A DNA stretch of 64,000 nucleotides from the NCBI GenBank assembly GCA_963745035.1, contig CAVUVW010000014.1, positions 994,754 through 1,058,753 of the forward strand, read 5' to 3'. Under the pieces are notes generated by a model that saw only the letters and a list, made by a program, of their open reading frames with translations, was not told the DNA's origin and searched no databases. Numbering within the stretch: the stretch's first letter is position 1; each line of letters starts with the position of its first letter. The stretch is from an uncultured delta proteobacterium. GTDB lineage: Bacteria; Desulfobacterota; Binatia; UBA9968. Of the stretch, positions 1 to 10,782 are shown piece by piece. Position numbers and translations under genes: made by a program.

Positions 1-561
1 GTCGTCGAGCAGATAGTGGCCGTACTTGAGCGAGTCGGACCAGGGAAGAGGGTCGGTGTGGGCCTTTGGGTCGGCGTTCTTGTCCCAAGCGCTCGGCTTG
101 CCGCCGACGATGGAGAGTGTGTTGGCCGAAGTATTGTTGGGCATCCACAGGCCGACGACGCCGGCCTTGAGCTGCTTTTCCGACCAGGCCGGTTCGATCT
201 TCGAGAGAAAACCCTGGGTGACCGAGCTGCCGGGCCACAGGTGCGCCGGCGTCAAGCCCTGCTCCGCGCACCAGGATTCCAGCGCGGTGCGCACGCCGGC
301 CACTGTCCCGGCCGGATCTTTTCGTCCGACGATCGTCTTGTAAAGAATGCCTTTCATGCCGCTCTTGGAGGCGAGCTTGGCGACGCCGAGAGCATCCTGT
401 TGGCCCTCGTGAGCATGGCAATGGATGTCGATCGCATCGTCGACGCCGACGACGTGATCCACCGAAGGGTCGACGGCCTGTTTGTAGCCGCGCCGGGCCG
501 GATACGATGTCACCGAGCGGACGCTGCTCGGGGTGGCGTAGTTTGGATTGCTATCGGCCAT
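1..561 (-). CDS. Amidohydrolase-superfamily protein (DUF6282-like), runs off the left edge
   Basis: Not in the ORF track. Minus-strand ATG at 561 after a GGAGGA RBS reads MADSNPNY...AIDIHCHAHEG...GMKGILYK...GLWMPN, open to position 1; DxHxH metal motif. Confidence 0.75.
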   Translation of the reverse strand, partial: MADSNPNYATPSSVRSVTSYPARRGYKQAVDPSVDHVVGVDDAIDIHCHAHEGQQDALGVAKLASKSGMKGILYKTIVGRKDPAGTVAGVRTALESWCAEQGLTPAHLWPGSSVTQGFLSKIEPAWSEKQLKAGVVGLWMPNNTSANTLSIVGGKPSAWDKNADPKAHTDPLPWSDSLKYGHYLLDD

Positions 562-646
562 AATCAGTCCTCCCGATCATCGATTTGATCGGACCATAAC
601 GCGTCCGCGCGCGGCGGGCAACCGGTTTGCGTTTTGCGGAGAAAGC

Positions 647-682
647 GTTCCAGTGGTTTCAATCGTTTCAGTCGTTTGATCG
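647..682. repeat. Nonamer-type short tandem repeat (GTTCAA/GTTTCA units)
   Basis: Degenerate ~9-bp units; related tracts at 4927-4975, 6590-6652, 36401-36441, 48843-48988. Confidence 0.5.
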
Positions 683-706
683 CTGCGAGCCGCAACGTTC
701 CGTGCG

Positions 707-1612
707 CTACGCTTCTTTGAAGCCGTGCAGCCGCGCGGGATTGTCGACTAGAATTTTGCGCAGCAGCGCCTGATCGCCGTCGACGTAACGGTAAAGCAGC
801 TCGACTTCCTCGGCATCGTTCATCATGCGCTTGGTCCATTGCGGGTGCGGCCAGTCAGTGCCCCAGATGATGCGGTCGGGCGCCGCTTCGATGAACGCTC
901 TGCCGTAAGGAATGGCGTCGTCCCAGCCCGCGTCCATTTTCGAATCGCGGTTGCCGTTGGACACCATCATCCACCAGTTCTCCTGCTTGAGCATATCGAG
1001 CACCCAGCGGATCACCGGCCGGTCCATGCCGCCTTCAAAGCCGACGTGGCCGAAGTGATCGATCACCATCGCCACGTCCGTGAGCGAGCGCAATAGATCC
1101 GAGTTCTCCAGAAGGTCGTCGCCGTTGACGTGCAGGCGCGCGTGCCAACCGAGCTCGCGCAGCCGCGCCATCGAGCGCCTGACTTCGGACTCGCGCTGGT
1201 CGAGAGTCAGGAAGCGCACGAAGTTGAAGCGCGCGCCGCGCACGCCCGCCGCGTGCATGCGGTCGAGCTCCTGGTCCGACACGCGATCATCGACGATGCC
1301 GATGCCGCGGTAGCGGTCGCGATCGTTGAGGCTTTCAAGCGCATGCAGCAGCAGGCGATGATCGCTGCCGTAAATGGCGCTGTGGACGATCACGCCGCGC
1401 TCGAAGCCGATGGCCGCGTGCATTCTTCGTGCTTCGGCAAACGTCGCGCTGGCGATGGGCGGGTAGGGCGGATTGGCTCGCGGCGCAAACCGCGCCGGAT
1501 CTTCGTAAATGTGAAACTGGCAGTCGCAGCTTCCTCGCGGCGGCGCGGGTACCGGCATGCGCGGATTTTTGTCCCATTCGTAATACTTCGTTCCGGCGCT
1601 CGCCATTCTCAT
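707..1612 (-). CDS. Amidohydrolase_2 family, 2-pyrone-4,6-dicarboxylate lactonase (LigI)-like
   Basis: CDCQFHIY, GVRGARFNF, IDHFG and WGTDWPH motifs. Confidence 0.85.
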   Translation of the reverse strand: MRMASAGTKYYEWDKNPRMPVPAPPRGSCDCQFHIYEDPARFAPRANPPYPPIASATFAEARRMHAAIGFERGVIVHSAIYGSDHRLLLHALESLNDRDRYRGIGIVDDRVSDQELDRMHAAGVRGARFNFVRFLTLDQRESEVRRSMARLRELGWHARLHVNGDDLLENSDLLRSLTDVAMVIDHFGHVGFEGGMDRPVIRWVLDMLKQENWWMMVSNGNRDSKMDAGWDDAIPYGRAFIEAAPDRIIWGTDWPHPQWTKRMMNDAEEVELLYRYVDGDQALLRKILVDNPARLHGFKEA

Positions 1613-1695
1613 TCTCCCTCGATTGTTGAGCGATTCTCTCGAATTCAGGTAGTGGTGCAGTTTGGCCCCCGACGGGCATTAAATCACTGGAGAAG

Positions 1696-1770
1696 GATTC
1701 CTCGCATTCGATCGGAATGACAACAAAATAAGAGACGTGTCATCTCGAACGAAGTGAGAGATCTTTCCGA
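1696..1770. repeat. REP-like palindromic element (GAATGACA/TGTCATCTCGAACG type)
   Basis: Related to the GATTTCTCT..TCGTTCGAAATGACAAC copies at 4322-4400 and 33810-33854. Confidence 0.55.
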
Positions 1771-1788
1771 ACTGCACCCCAGATTGCC

Positions 1789-3867
1789 TCATGGTTCCCC
1801 TTTCAGCGGGCCGAAGCCTTTTGGCGGACGACGGTGTTTGGTGCCGGCTTCGTACGCGGACGCGATCTCGAAGAGATTCGTCTCGTCAAAGGGACGGGCG
1901 AGAAACTCCATGCTGACCGGAATCTGATCGGGCTTGGGACCTTCCAGGCGGCTGCCGTTGGGATCGGTGGCGTCGGGCACGCGGTCGTAGACTTCGCGCG
2001 TAAAGCCCGCCGGCACGACGATGGCGGGGAAGCCGCTTACCGGGCTCAAGTTCACGCTCCAACTGCTGCCGGCGCCGCGCCAAAGATCCAAATCGGTTTT
2101 CAGCACGGCTTCGCCCGGCAACAAATTCGCATCGGACAGTTGCGTGCCGGCCTTCAAAATGCGCGGCTCGGTGCGCGCGTTGTACACTTCCGGCGTGCGG
2201 TTGGCCAACACCATGTGCGGTGGAATCGTGCTGTACGGATAGACCAGCGCATCGAGATTATTGTCCGCCATGACTTTGTACAAAATGCGCTGCAGATTCT
2301 GCATGCGGAGAATGTGGCTGGAGTGCGCCGGAGTATCCAGGGTTTTCGCCTTGGCGCCGAATGCGTTCTGCAACACCGGCAGGTCGCCCGCAAAGGTTTT
2401 TGTCGCGAACATGTCTTCGACGCCGCGGAAGTTGGCGTCGCCGCGCTCGCGCAAATAGACGTTCATCGCATACTTGCCTTCTTCGCCGCGGCGCTGGCCG
2501 GCGATCATGCGCAGATTGACGCCGCGGACTCCGGTCGGAAGGGTTTTCGGATCGATCGTGAACGCCACCATGCGATCGATCGGGTCGGTGCCCGCGGCAA
2601 CGCCTTCTTTGTACGTTTGAGTGAAGAAGCTCGGTTCGTAGGACGAGATGATCTCGGCGATGGCGCCGTCGAAGCTCACCGGGTCGACGATCGTGGCGCC
2701 GAGGCGCTTCAAGTCGGCGATCGCCTGGTTGGCGATACGAATGCTGTCGCGATCGGCGAGGGTCGCTTCGATCATGAATTCGCGCACCACGCCCAGGCGC
2801 TTGCCGGCCAGAGATTTTTTATTCGCATGAGTCCGGTACGCGACTGGTTTCCGGCCGTGCGCCACCGCGGTCACATGATCGCGCGGGTCGGCGCCCGTAA
2901 CGACTTCGAGCACCGCCGCGGTGTCTTGCACGGTGCGGCACATCGGCCCGCCGCGGTCGCGGGAAAACGATAAAGGAATGATTCCCGCCCGGCTCACCAA
3001 GCCTTGAGTTGCGATCATGCCGACGAGCGCGTTGGCGCTCGACGGAAAGCGCACCGAGCCGGAAGTATCGGTGCCGAGCGCGCACATCGCCAGATTGGCA
3101 GCGACCGCCGCGCCGGAGCCGGCGCTGGAGCCGCCGGGAACGCGCTTGGTATCGTACGGATTGCAAGTCTGCCCGCCAAGCGCGCTGCGCGCGATGCTTG
3201 CCGGAGCGTACTCATCCATGTTGGTCTTGCCGAGAAAGATCGCCCCCGCCGCGCGCAGCTTCGCGATCATGGTGGCATCGCGAGGCGGCTTGTCGTTGGC
3301 GTAGGCCGCGGCGGCGCCGGCGGTCGTGAGCATATCGACGGTATCGTAGTTGTCCTTGATCGCGAAAGGAATGCCGTGCAGCGGTCCGACGAACCGTCCG
3401 GTGCGCGCAAAGTGCGCGTCCTGCGCGCGGGCGACTTCCAACGCATCCGGCATTTTCGGATCGTTGTCGGCCGTATCGGTCTTCGATCGTTTGCCGCGAA
3501 TGTTGAGCGTCATGTAGGCATTGAGCTGCCCGGCATTCTCGATCGGCGTCAAATCGCCGAGCATCAAGCCGGTAGCCGGATCGGCGTCGCCTTTGACGCA
3601 GACGCCGTTGTAGGCTTCGATGCGCTTGAAGTAGAGCTGCACGAGCTGCGTTGCGGTGATCTGCTTGGCGCGGATGGCGCGGTGGACGTCGGCGATGGTC
3701 GCTTCTTCGAGATGAAATCGAGCCGACTGAGCGCCTGCATCACGGATCAACGCGAGCAAAGCGAGGCCCAGAGTCGCGATGGTTCGAAAAGAGCTTGAAA
3801 AATCCACGATACAACCTCCCGCGCTCGTTCTGCGCCGACAATAATCGCGAGGAGGATCGTGGGTCAA
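1789..3867 (-). CDS. Amidase signature family protein, probably secreted (true start likely ~3807)
   Basis: GPLHGIPFAIKD, GKTNMDE, PGGSSAGS and GTDTSGSVR Ser-cisSer-Lys motifs; signal-like N-terminus. Confidence 0.9.
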   Translation of the reverse strand: MTHDPPRDYCRRRTSAGGCIVDFSSSFRTIATLGLALLALIRDAGAQSARFHLEEATIADVHRAIRAKQITATQLVQLYFKRIEAYNGVCVKGDADPATGLMLGDLTPIENAGQLNAYMTLNIRGKRSKTDTADNDPKMPDALEVARAQDAHFARTGRFVGPLHGIPFAIKDNYDTVDMLTTAGAAAAYANDKPPRDATMIAKLRAAGAIFLGKTNMDEYAPASIARSALGGQTCNPYDTKRVPGGSSAGSGAAVAANLAMCALGTDTSGSVRFPSSANALVGMIATQGLVSRAGIIPLSFSRDRGGPMCRTVQDTAAVLEVVTGADPRDHVTAVAHGRKPVAYRTHANKKSLAGKRLGVVREFMIEATLADRDSIRIANQAIADLKRLGATIVDPVSFDGAIAEIISSYEPSFFTQTYKEGVAAGTDPIDRMVAFTIDPKTLPTGVRGVNLRMIAGQRRGEEGKYAMNVYLRERGDANFRGVEDMFATKTFAGDLPVLQNAFGAKAKTLDTPAHSSHILRMQNLQRILYKVMADNNLDALVYPYSTIPPHMVLANRTPEVYNARTEPRILKAGTQLSDANLLPGEAVLKTDLDLWRGAGSSWSVNLSPVSGFPAIVVPAGFTREVYDRVPDATDPNGSRLEGPKPDQIPVSMEFLARPFDETNLFEIASAYEAGTKHRRPPKGFGPLKGEP

Positions 3868-3903
3868 CAGAAAATCAGCGCCGGAGACAAATTTGGACTC
3901 GAA

Positions 3904-4185
3904 TCATGCGCGCGAGTCACTGGGAAATCTTCGAGCCGCGCGGGCGTGCGCCTTGGCGGTCTCTTCCGCGCGGTTTTTCGGCGGTGCGTTGGTTTCGAGG
4001 GAGGCGAGAAGCTTGGCGGATGCCGCCGCGATCTCGTCGATTGCGGCAAGAAAGGCGGCTTCGTTGGTTTTCGACGGTCTGTTGAAGCCGCTCAGCTTTC
4101 TCACGAACTGTAGCGACGCCGCGCGGATCTCGTCCGGGCTCACGGGCGGCTCGAAGTTGAAAAGGGTTTTGATGCTTCTACACAT
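3904..4185 (-). CDS. DUF2277 family protein
   Basis: MCRSIKTLFNFEPP...AASLQFVRKLSGF signature; GGAG RBS before ATG 4185. Confidence 0.85.
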   Translation of the reverse strand: MCRSIKTLFNFEPPVSPDEIRAASLQFVRKLSGFNRPSKTNEAAFLAAIDEIAAASAKLLASLETNAPPKNRAEETAKAHARAARRFPSDSRA

Positions 4186-4321
4186 AGGTTGCTCCTCCCG
4201 CTCTGTCGCGAATATCGTAATACTATAGTTTACGATTTGCGCGGTCTGGGCAAATGATTCGGACGCTGATGGCACTCGGTTTCAGAAAATTCCTCCGCCA
4301 AGGCTCGATCCGGAGCACATG

Positions 4322-4400
4322 CGAGGGAGCTAAGAAAGATTTCTCTTTCGTTCGAAATGACAACTTTCCGGCCTGGGTCCCTTCGACTTCGCTCAGGACA
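4322..4400. repeat. REP-like elements
   Basis: GATTTCTCTTTCGTTCGAAATGACAAC is nearly identical to the copy at 33827-33854; also CCCTTCGACTTCGCTCAGGACA. Confidence 0.6.
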
Positions 4401-4436
4401 TGCTCTGCGGGAGATATATCGAGATAGCGAAACGGC

Positions 4437-4916
4437 CTAGAACAATCCCGGCAGCCAACGTTTAACGGCTTTCGTGTAGGCAACGTAGGGTGGACCCAAC
4501 GTGACGGACAAATTTCGCTCATCGGCAAGGACACGAAAGTGAAACCAGATCGCGACCGCGACCGTGATCAGCGCGGCTAACCAGGATCGAAGGGTCAAGG
4601 TCAAGCCGGTCAGAAAAATGATGTGGCCGAGATACATCGGGTTGCGGGTGTAAGCGTATAGTCCAGTGGAGACCAATCTCTCGCCCGGGACGTCCGGGCC
4701 GGGACCGCCGCCGCCGCGCGCCATGCGATACTTGCCGCACAGGCGATATTGTAAGTAGCCCCAGACCATGAGCGGTAAGAACCAAAAATTCGCCTCGATC
4801 CTGCCGCCGTGGATGATCCATTCCCAGCACAGCGTAGCCATGGGATAGACGAGAAAAGTCCTGACCGGAGTGCGGCTTAAAAATCTCACAAGATTTTGCG
4901 CCGTCGTTGTGCTCAT
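4437..4916 (-). CDS. Isoprenylcysteine carboxyl methyltransferase (ICMT/PEMT) family membrane protein
   Basis: LVSTGLYAYTRNPMYLG motif, DE..L and Y...V.RW C-terminus. Confidence 0.85.
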   Translation of the reverse strand: MSTTTAQNLVRFLSRTPVRTFLVYPMATLCWEWIIHGGRIEANFWFLPLMVWGYLQYRLCGKYRMARGGGGPGPDVPGERLVSTGLYAYTRNPMYLGHIIFLTGLTLTLRSWLAALITVAVAIWFHFRVLADERNLSVTLGPPYVAYTKAVKRWLPGLF

Positions 4917-5097
4917 CAGGGCTTTAAGTTCAAAGTTTAACCGCCTTTGCTCCGTTCCAGTCGTTTGACGGATTTAGCGCGTGGAGAAAAACACTAATTT
5001 TCAGAAAAATTCCCAGATGCTAAGCGATGCACGCCCGCGGTTTCAAACTAGCTTCGAGTCGTGACTACGCCCGATCATTTGGTCTATACTCGCTTCC

Positions 5098-6574
5098 ATG
5101 AAACCCATAATCGATCCCGAAGGCCTCCGTCTACCGATCAAATTGGATACCGCCTCCAATGGCGAATTCGAGCCGGTGCCGCTCTCGCCGGCGAACCACG
5201 CCGGCAACCGCCGAGCGCGCGCCGCGGCGACGGAAAACGCGCGGCGCTTGGGCATGAGCCGCCGCGGTTTTCTGGTTTCCGCGTGCGGCGCCGCGAGCAC
5301 GCTGCTGGCGTTCAATGCTGCCAACGCGGCGGTTGGCAAGCTCGGCGGCTTTTTCGAGCTGGAACCCGAAGCGGCGCTGGAGCCGCGGCTTGCGCAGGCA
5401 AGGGTCGGCGGCAAGGGCGAGTTCATCTTCGACGTGCAGGGACACTTCGTCGATCCGACCGGCGCGTGGGTGAAGGCGGCGCCGCCGGATGCTTTCAAGT
5501 GGTCGCCTAAGGCCGGGTGCGCGCTCGCGGGCAAACCCGGGCGCGCGCAGCCATCTCAATTGTCTCGGGCCCGAGGAGTTCGTCAAAGACGTGTTTATGG
5601 ACAGCGATACCGACATGATGGTGCTGTCGTTCGTGCCGTCCCGGCGCGATGCCGAGCCGCTCACAATTCAGGCGGCGGATGCGGTGCGGCGGATCGTCGA
5701 TCGCATGGAGGGCTCGCACCGGCTGTTGATCCACGGCCGGGTCAATCCGAATCAGCCGGGCGATCTCGAGTCGATGGACGAGCTCAAGGAGCGCTGGAAA
5801 GTATCCGCGTGGAAGACGTACACGCAGTGGGGCGTGGACGGCAAAGGATTCTTTCTGTCGGACGACATCGGCACGCGCTTCATCGAGAAGGCGCGCGCGC
5901 TCGGCGTGAAAGTGATCTGCGTGCACAAAGGATTGCCTTTCGGCAAACAGTCCTACGAGCACAGCCAGTGCAGCGACATCGGCGTGGTGGCGAAGCGCTT
6001 TCCCGACGTGAGCTTTCTCATCTACCACTCGGGTTTCGTCACCGGCGTCCCGGAGCGAGCGTACAGCGGGCGCGGCGCGAGCGACGGCATCGACACTTTG
6101 ATTCGCTCTCTCGTGGAGAACGACGTCAAACCGAACAGCAACGTGTACGCCGAGCTCGGCAGCACCTGGCGTTTTCTCATGCGCGAGCCGAACAGCGCGG
6201 CCCACGCGCTCGGCAAGCTCGTCAAGTATTGCGGCGAAAACAACGTGCTCTGGGGCACGGACTCCATCTGGTACGGCTCGCCGCAAGACCAGATCCAGGC
6301 GTTTCGCACCTTCCAGATCGCGCCCGAGCTGCGCTCGATGTACGGCTACGCCGAGATCACCCCGGCGCTGCGCGCCAAAATCTTCGGGTTGAATGCCGCC
6401 AAGGTCTACGGGATCAGCGCGGACGAGGTGAAAAAGCACATGCGCGCCGACTCGATCGCCAAGGAGCGTTATGCGTATTCGGAAAATCCGCAGCCGCACT
6501 ATCTCACTTACGGACCTAAAACCCGCCGGCAATTCTTGAATTTGCTGGGCTGGAACGGCGGATCGCGGGCGTAA
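5098..6574 (+). CDS. Amidohydrolase with twin-arginine-like motif (frameshift ~5545)
   Basis: N-part SRRGFL and FIFDVQGHFV (ORF 5098) joins C-part CVHKG, IYHSG, WGTDSIWYG (ORF 5489). Confidence 0.85.
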
Positions 6575-6726
6575 CAATTGTTTCTGACATTCAAAACGTT
6601 CAAGCCGTTCAGATCGTTTGAAACGTTTAGATCCGCGGGTCCAAAGTTCAAAACTCAAGCTGACTCGGTTGACTGCTCGCGCAGGCTCCGCGATAACAAC
6701 TCAATCGGAAAGGAGACAACTGAGCG

Positions 6727-7827
6727 ATGATCATTTTGAGCAACGAAGAGGTCAGCGAGTTGCTGTCGATGGAAAGCTGCCTGCGGCATCTGGAGTCGGC
6801 CTATGTCGAATTGTCCGAAGGCGCGGCGGTGAATCGGCCGCGCAGCGATCTGTATCTACCGGCGACGACCAGCAACGGCGTCTATTGCTTCAAGACCATG
6901 GAAGGCGGTCTGGCGCGGGAAAAGATCGTCGCGCTGCGGCTCAACTCGGACGTCATCAAGTGGGAAGATAAGGGCGGCCGCATCATCAAGGACAAAGTGC
7001 CGGCGGCGCCGGGCAACAAGTGGGTCGGGCTCGTGATGCTGTTTTCGGCCGAGAGCGGCGAGCCGCTGGCGATTTTTCCCGACGGTATTATTCAAGGCAT
7101 CCGCGTCGCGGCCAGCAGCGCGCTCGCCGCGCGGTTTCTCGCGCGAGAGGATGCAGCGGTCCTTGGCGTGCTGGGATCGGGTTGGCAGGCGCGCGCGCAC
7201 GCGAAGGCGATGTGCGCGGTGCGTCCGATCAAAAAAATACTGGCGCATAGTCCCACGAAAGCCAACCGGGAAAACTTCGCCGGCGAAATAGAAAAGGAAC
7301 TTGGCGTTCCGGTGGACGCCGTCGCATCCGGAGAGTCGGTGGCCGGGCACGCGGATATCCTCGTCGCCGCGACCAATTCGGTATCGCGGGTGGTGCCGCC
7401 CGAGTGGCTGAGGCCCGGCATGCACGTCACTTGCGTGAAAATCACCGAGCTGGGCGAAGAGACTCTCCGGAAATTTGATCGCCTGGTCATCCATACGCGG
7501 AAGTGGGCGCCGGACAATTATATCACCGGGTTCAACGATGAAAGAGTCGAAGCGCATGATCCGATCGATCTCCTGACCGAAGGCGGCAAGGGATCGCCCA
7601 CCGCGCCGAAACCGCCGTTCTGGCTCGGCGCGCCGGAGTTGAAGGACGTGGTGGCGGGGAAACTTCCCGGGCGCCAATCCGCGCGGGAGATCACCTGCTT
7701 CAATAACAATATCGGTCTCGGCATTCAGTTCGCCGCGCTCGGCAAAGCGATCTTCGACGCCGCGAAGGCGAAGGGACTGGGCCGCGAGATTCCGACGGAC
7801 TGGTTCTTGGAGACGGTGCATCCGTAA
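6727..7827 (+). CDS. Ornithine cyclodeaminase / mu-crystallin family
   Basis: IRVAASSALA, LGSGWQA Rossmann motif, GLGIQFAA C-terminus. Confidence 0.9.
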   Translation: MIILSNEEVSELLSMESCLRHLESAYVELSEGAAVNRPRSDLYLPATTSNGVYCFKTMEGGLAREKIVALRLNSDVIKWEDKGGRIIKDKVPAAPGNKWVGLVMLFSAESGEPLAIFPDGIIQGIRVAASSALAARFLAREDAAVLGVLGSGWQARAHAKAMCAVRPIKKILAHSPTKANRENFAGEIEKELGVPVDAVASGESVAGHADILVAATNSVSRVVPPEWLRPGMHVTCVKITELGEETLRKFDRLVIHTRKWAPDNYITGFNDERVEAHDPIDLLTEGGKGSPTAPKPPFWLGAPELKDVVAGKLPGRQSAREITCFNNNIGLGIQFAALGKAIFDAAKAKGLGREIPTDWFLETVHP

Positions 7828-7833
7828 AACAGC

Positions 7834-7966
7834 TTCGCGTCTCGGGTTTCGCGTCTAGAGTTACGGATAGAAGCAAATCCAGCGAAGTGTTGAAGCGAAC
7901 TGCCTGAGGATTCTCGTGGGGTCGGATTCTTTACAACCCGAGGCGCGGAACCCGAGACCCGAGACT
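7834..7966. repeat. Inverted heptamer-repeat hairpin between convergent genes
   Basis: TTCGCGTCTCGGGTTTCGCG arm versus CCCGAGGCGCGGAACCCGAGACCCGAGAC arm. Confidence 0.6.
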
Positions 7967-7968
7967 CT

Positions 7969-8961
7969 CTACTTCTGCATACCGATCTGGCGCAGGAAGC
8001 CTTGATCCTCGAGGGTCTTGACGATGCTGCCGTCGAGGAATTGATCGGGGTTGGCTTTTTTCGCTTCCGGATTCGGGCTTAGTTTGAGCGTCTCGACGAT
8101 CCCCTCGCGATTGGGATAGGGCGGGCGGACCACGTAATCGACGGCGTACTGATAAGTCGCTTCGATAATGTCGTCGGCGGTGTCGCGAGTGTACTTCTGA
8201 ATGACTTTCTTCGCCGTCGCTTTGTCTTGCACGAATCGCTGCAGGCCTTCGGAATAGCCGCGAAAGAAATTCAGCGCCGTTTCGCGGTTGGTTTTCAAGT
8301 AAGCGCGCCGGGTGATGACGGCGGTGTGGGGAAAATAGACGCCGGCCTTGGCCATATCGAGCAGCGGCTGGGCGCCGGCGGCGCGGGCGCGGATGTGAGT
8401 TGGCGCCGACAAGGGCGCAGCGACGATCAGCCGCTTGGAAAGCGCCGCGGCCAACTCGGGCATGCCGCCGAGCTGGAGGATGTTGAGATCCTTGTCGGGG
8501 TTGAAGCCGTTTTTCTGCACTAGATAGCGCAACGCGAAATCGGTGGACGAGCCGAAGCGCGTGACCCCGACAGTTTTGCCTTTTAAGTCCCCCACGCTTT
8601 TGATCTCTGGGAGAGCCATCATGTAGAACGCCGGCACGTTGGCGACGCCGCCGACAAAAACCAGGTCGGCGCCGCTCAGAACCGCGCTCACCACCGGCGC
8701 GCCGCCGGAAAAGGCGATCTGCGAGTCGCCCGTCAGGACCACGCGGGTTACTTGCAGAGCGGTGGGGATGTAGATTAACTCGACTTCGAGCCCGTATTTG
8801 TGAAATATGTTCTGCTCGGTGGTATACCAAAGCGGCGCGTTGATCCCGCTGATGGCGGGGTAGATGACGTTCAGTCGAGTACGGCTTTGCGGCCAAGCCG
8901 AGGTCGCGGTCAGGCAAAGTATCAGCAAGCCGCTTAGAAGCGATGTCTTCATGGCCGGCAC
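7969..8961 (-). CDS. ABC substrate-binding protein, NMT1/THI5/SsuA-like
   Basis: Signal peptide, KYGLEVEL, DLKGKTVGVTRFGSSTD. Confidence 0.9.
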   Translation of the reverse strand: MPAMKTSLLSGLLILCLTATSAWPQSRTRLNVIYPAISGINAPLWYTTEQNIFHKYGLEVELIYIPTALQVTRVVLTGDSQIAFSGGAPVVSAVLSGADLVFVGGVANVPAFYMMALPEIKSVGDLKGKTVGVTRFGSSTDFALRYLVQKNGFNPDKDLNILQLGGMPELAAALSKRLIVAAPLSAPTHIRARAAGAQPLLDMAKAGVYFPHTAVITRRAYLKTNRETALNFFRGYSEGLQRFVQDKATAKKVIQKYTRDTADDIIEATYQYAVDYVVRPPYPNREGIVETLKLSPNPEAKKANPDQFLDGSIVKTLEDQGFLRQIGMQK

Positions 8962-9142
8962 CTTATGGAGGCCATGCTACCGTGTCAAGAAGACTGTTTG
9001 AAGACTTGCAAGTAGTGGTGCAAGGGTATCGGGAAAGATGCATCCGTCGAATTCAGACTACGCTTTCCCTGTCATCTCAACAGACTTATCGACGGGCGGC
9101 CTTGGCCTTGGCATAAGCTCTTGAAATCGCATTGGAGGCGGC

Positions 9143-9644
9143 ATGAAGCGAGAAGTGGCGACGGAGATCGTCGATTCCCTCAAAGAGGCAGGCGTCGATT
9201 TCGTCGCGACGCTGACCGAAGCGAACCTGCATGATCTTGTGATTGCGCTCGGTGAGGACGCCGCGATTCACCACGTGCCGGTGACCAGCGAGGAAGAGGG
9301 CATCGGCATCTGCGCCGGCGCATACCTGGGCGGCAAGCGGCCGGCGATGGTAATGATGAATGCCGGCTTTTTATTGTCGACCAATGCGCTGGCGACGGTT
9401 TGCATTCATCCGGGCATTCCGGTGTTGATGCTCATCGGTCACAGCGGCGGGGTCGGCGAGGAAAACGCCGGGCACGCGACTGTCGGCGCTCTTGACCGAG
9501 CCGGTGCTGCAAGCCATGCACATCGTCTACGAGAAAGTCGGGCGCTTCGAGGAGATTCGTCCGACCATTCGCGATAGCCAGATGTTGGCGCGATCGTCGC
9601 GACGGCCGACCGCGATCGTCCTGAACAAGCAAGCGCTGAGGTAG
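9143..9644 (+). CDS. Sulfopyruvate/phosphonopyruvate decarboxylase alpha-like (ComD-like), frameshift ~9490
   Basis: VTSEEEGIGICAGAYLGGKRP; the shifted frame continues LTEPVLQAM...VLNKQALR to TAG at 9644. Confidence 0.8.
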
Positions 9645-9647
9645 GAA

Positions 9648-10265
9648 ATGAAAAGATATGATTGTCTGCGCGCGATCGCGCCGCATTTCGCCGACGAATT
9701 GGTCGTGACCAATCTCGGGGCCGTGCGCCACGAATGGCAGGCGCTGAGACCGCACCATGGCAATTACCATCTACAAAATCTCGGGCTCACGTCGTCGATG
9801 GCGCTCGGATTGGCGCTCGCTTTGCCGCACCGCAAGGTCGTCGCCTTCGACGGCGACGGCTCGCTATTGCTGAATCTCGGCAGTCTCGCGACCATCGCGA
9901 ACCAGCACCCGAAAAATCTCGTGCACGTCGTCTTCGACAACGAATGCTACGAGTCTTCGCGTGGCGCGCCGACAGCCACGGCCGGACAGGCGGACTTGGC
10001 CGCGGTCGCGCGCGGCTGCGGTATTGGCAACGTGATAACGGCGAAGACTGTTGGGGAGTTCGAGGAAGGGTTTTTGCGCGGCGTCAAAAGCAACGACCTC
10101 TGTTTCATTCTCGCCAAAGTCGAGCCCGGAGCTGGCGACGTGCCGGCGGCGCCGTTGGATTCGCAGGAAAACAAATACCTGTTCGTGCGCTACATCGAGA
10201 AAAGCGAGAACGTAAAAATCCTCACCTCGACGCTGTCGCGGGCGAGCGAGCCGCGCGGCAAGTGA
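9648..10265 (+). CDS. TPP-binding decarboxylase beta-like (ComE-like)
   Basis: DGDGSLLLN...FDNECY TPP motif, adjacent to the alpha subunit. Confidence 0.85.
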   Translation: MKRYDCLRAIAPHFADELVVTNLGAVRHEWQALRPHHGNYHLQNLGLTSSMALGLALALPHRKVVAFDGDGSLLLNLGSLATIANQHPKNLVHVVFDNECYESSRGAPTATAGQADLAAVARGCGIGNVITAKTVGEFEEGFLRGVKSNDLCFILAKVEPGAGDVPAAPLDSQENKYLFVRYIEKSENVKILTSTLSRASEPRGK

Positions 10266-10301
10266 GCGCAGTTGCCGCGATCGGCAACTGCGCTCAGGTG
10301 A

Positions 10302-10550
10302 TTACGCTTGATTGCGAGAGACCGTTGCATGCTTGCGACGGATTTCCTCCTGCTCACGTTCGGAATACCAATCGTCGGCCCATTGTTGAACTTCGTTCGT
10401 CCGATCGCCGTAGCGCTTTTGAACCATGCCTAGAAACTTTTCATAGTCGCCTTCACATTCGAGTATATCGTCGTCGGTGACTTGTCCCCATTTTCTTTTG
10501 AGCTCGCCTTTAAATTCGTGCCAGCTACCTTTGAACTTATTTTGCTCCAT
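10302..10550 (-). CDS. CsbD family stress protein
   Basis: KGSWHEFKGELKRKWGQVTDDD...VQKRYG; GGAGG RBS before ATG 10550. Confidence 0.9.
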   Translation of the reverse strand: MEQNKFKGSWHEFKGELKRKWGQVTDDDILECEGDYEKFLGMVQKRYGDRTNEVQQWADDWYSEREQEEIRRKHATVSRNQA

Positions 10551-10782
10551 TGCTTCCTCCTTGGCCGATTGCTTACGAACCAAAGTCAGTGCAGAACTAA
10601 TGCCAGAAACCAGGTTATTGTGACCAAGTGATCAGAAAAGCTCAGAAAATCGGCAAGCAAAGGGACTGAGGGGTGGCTCAGAAACCCGATGGCAAGCCGA
10701 ACCGTCTTCGTTCTGCGACAACTTTGCAGGAAGAACACCGCCAGCAGCCACAGTGATTCTCCTGACAACAGGGCTTTCGGTG

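Noticed and set aside
16-588. 190-aa plus-strand ORF
   Set aside because: Antisense shadow of the real minus-strand gene 561 to <1; many long overlapping ORFs in the track are similar high-GC shadows.
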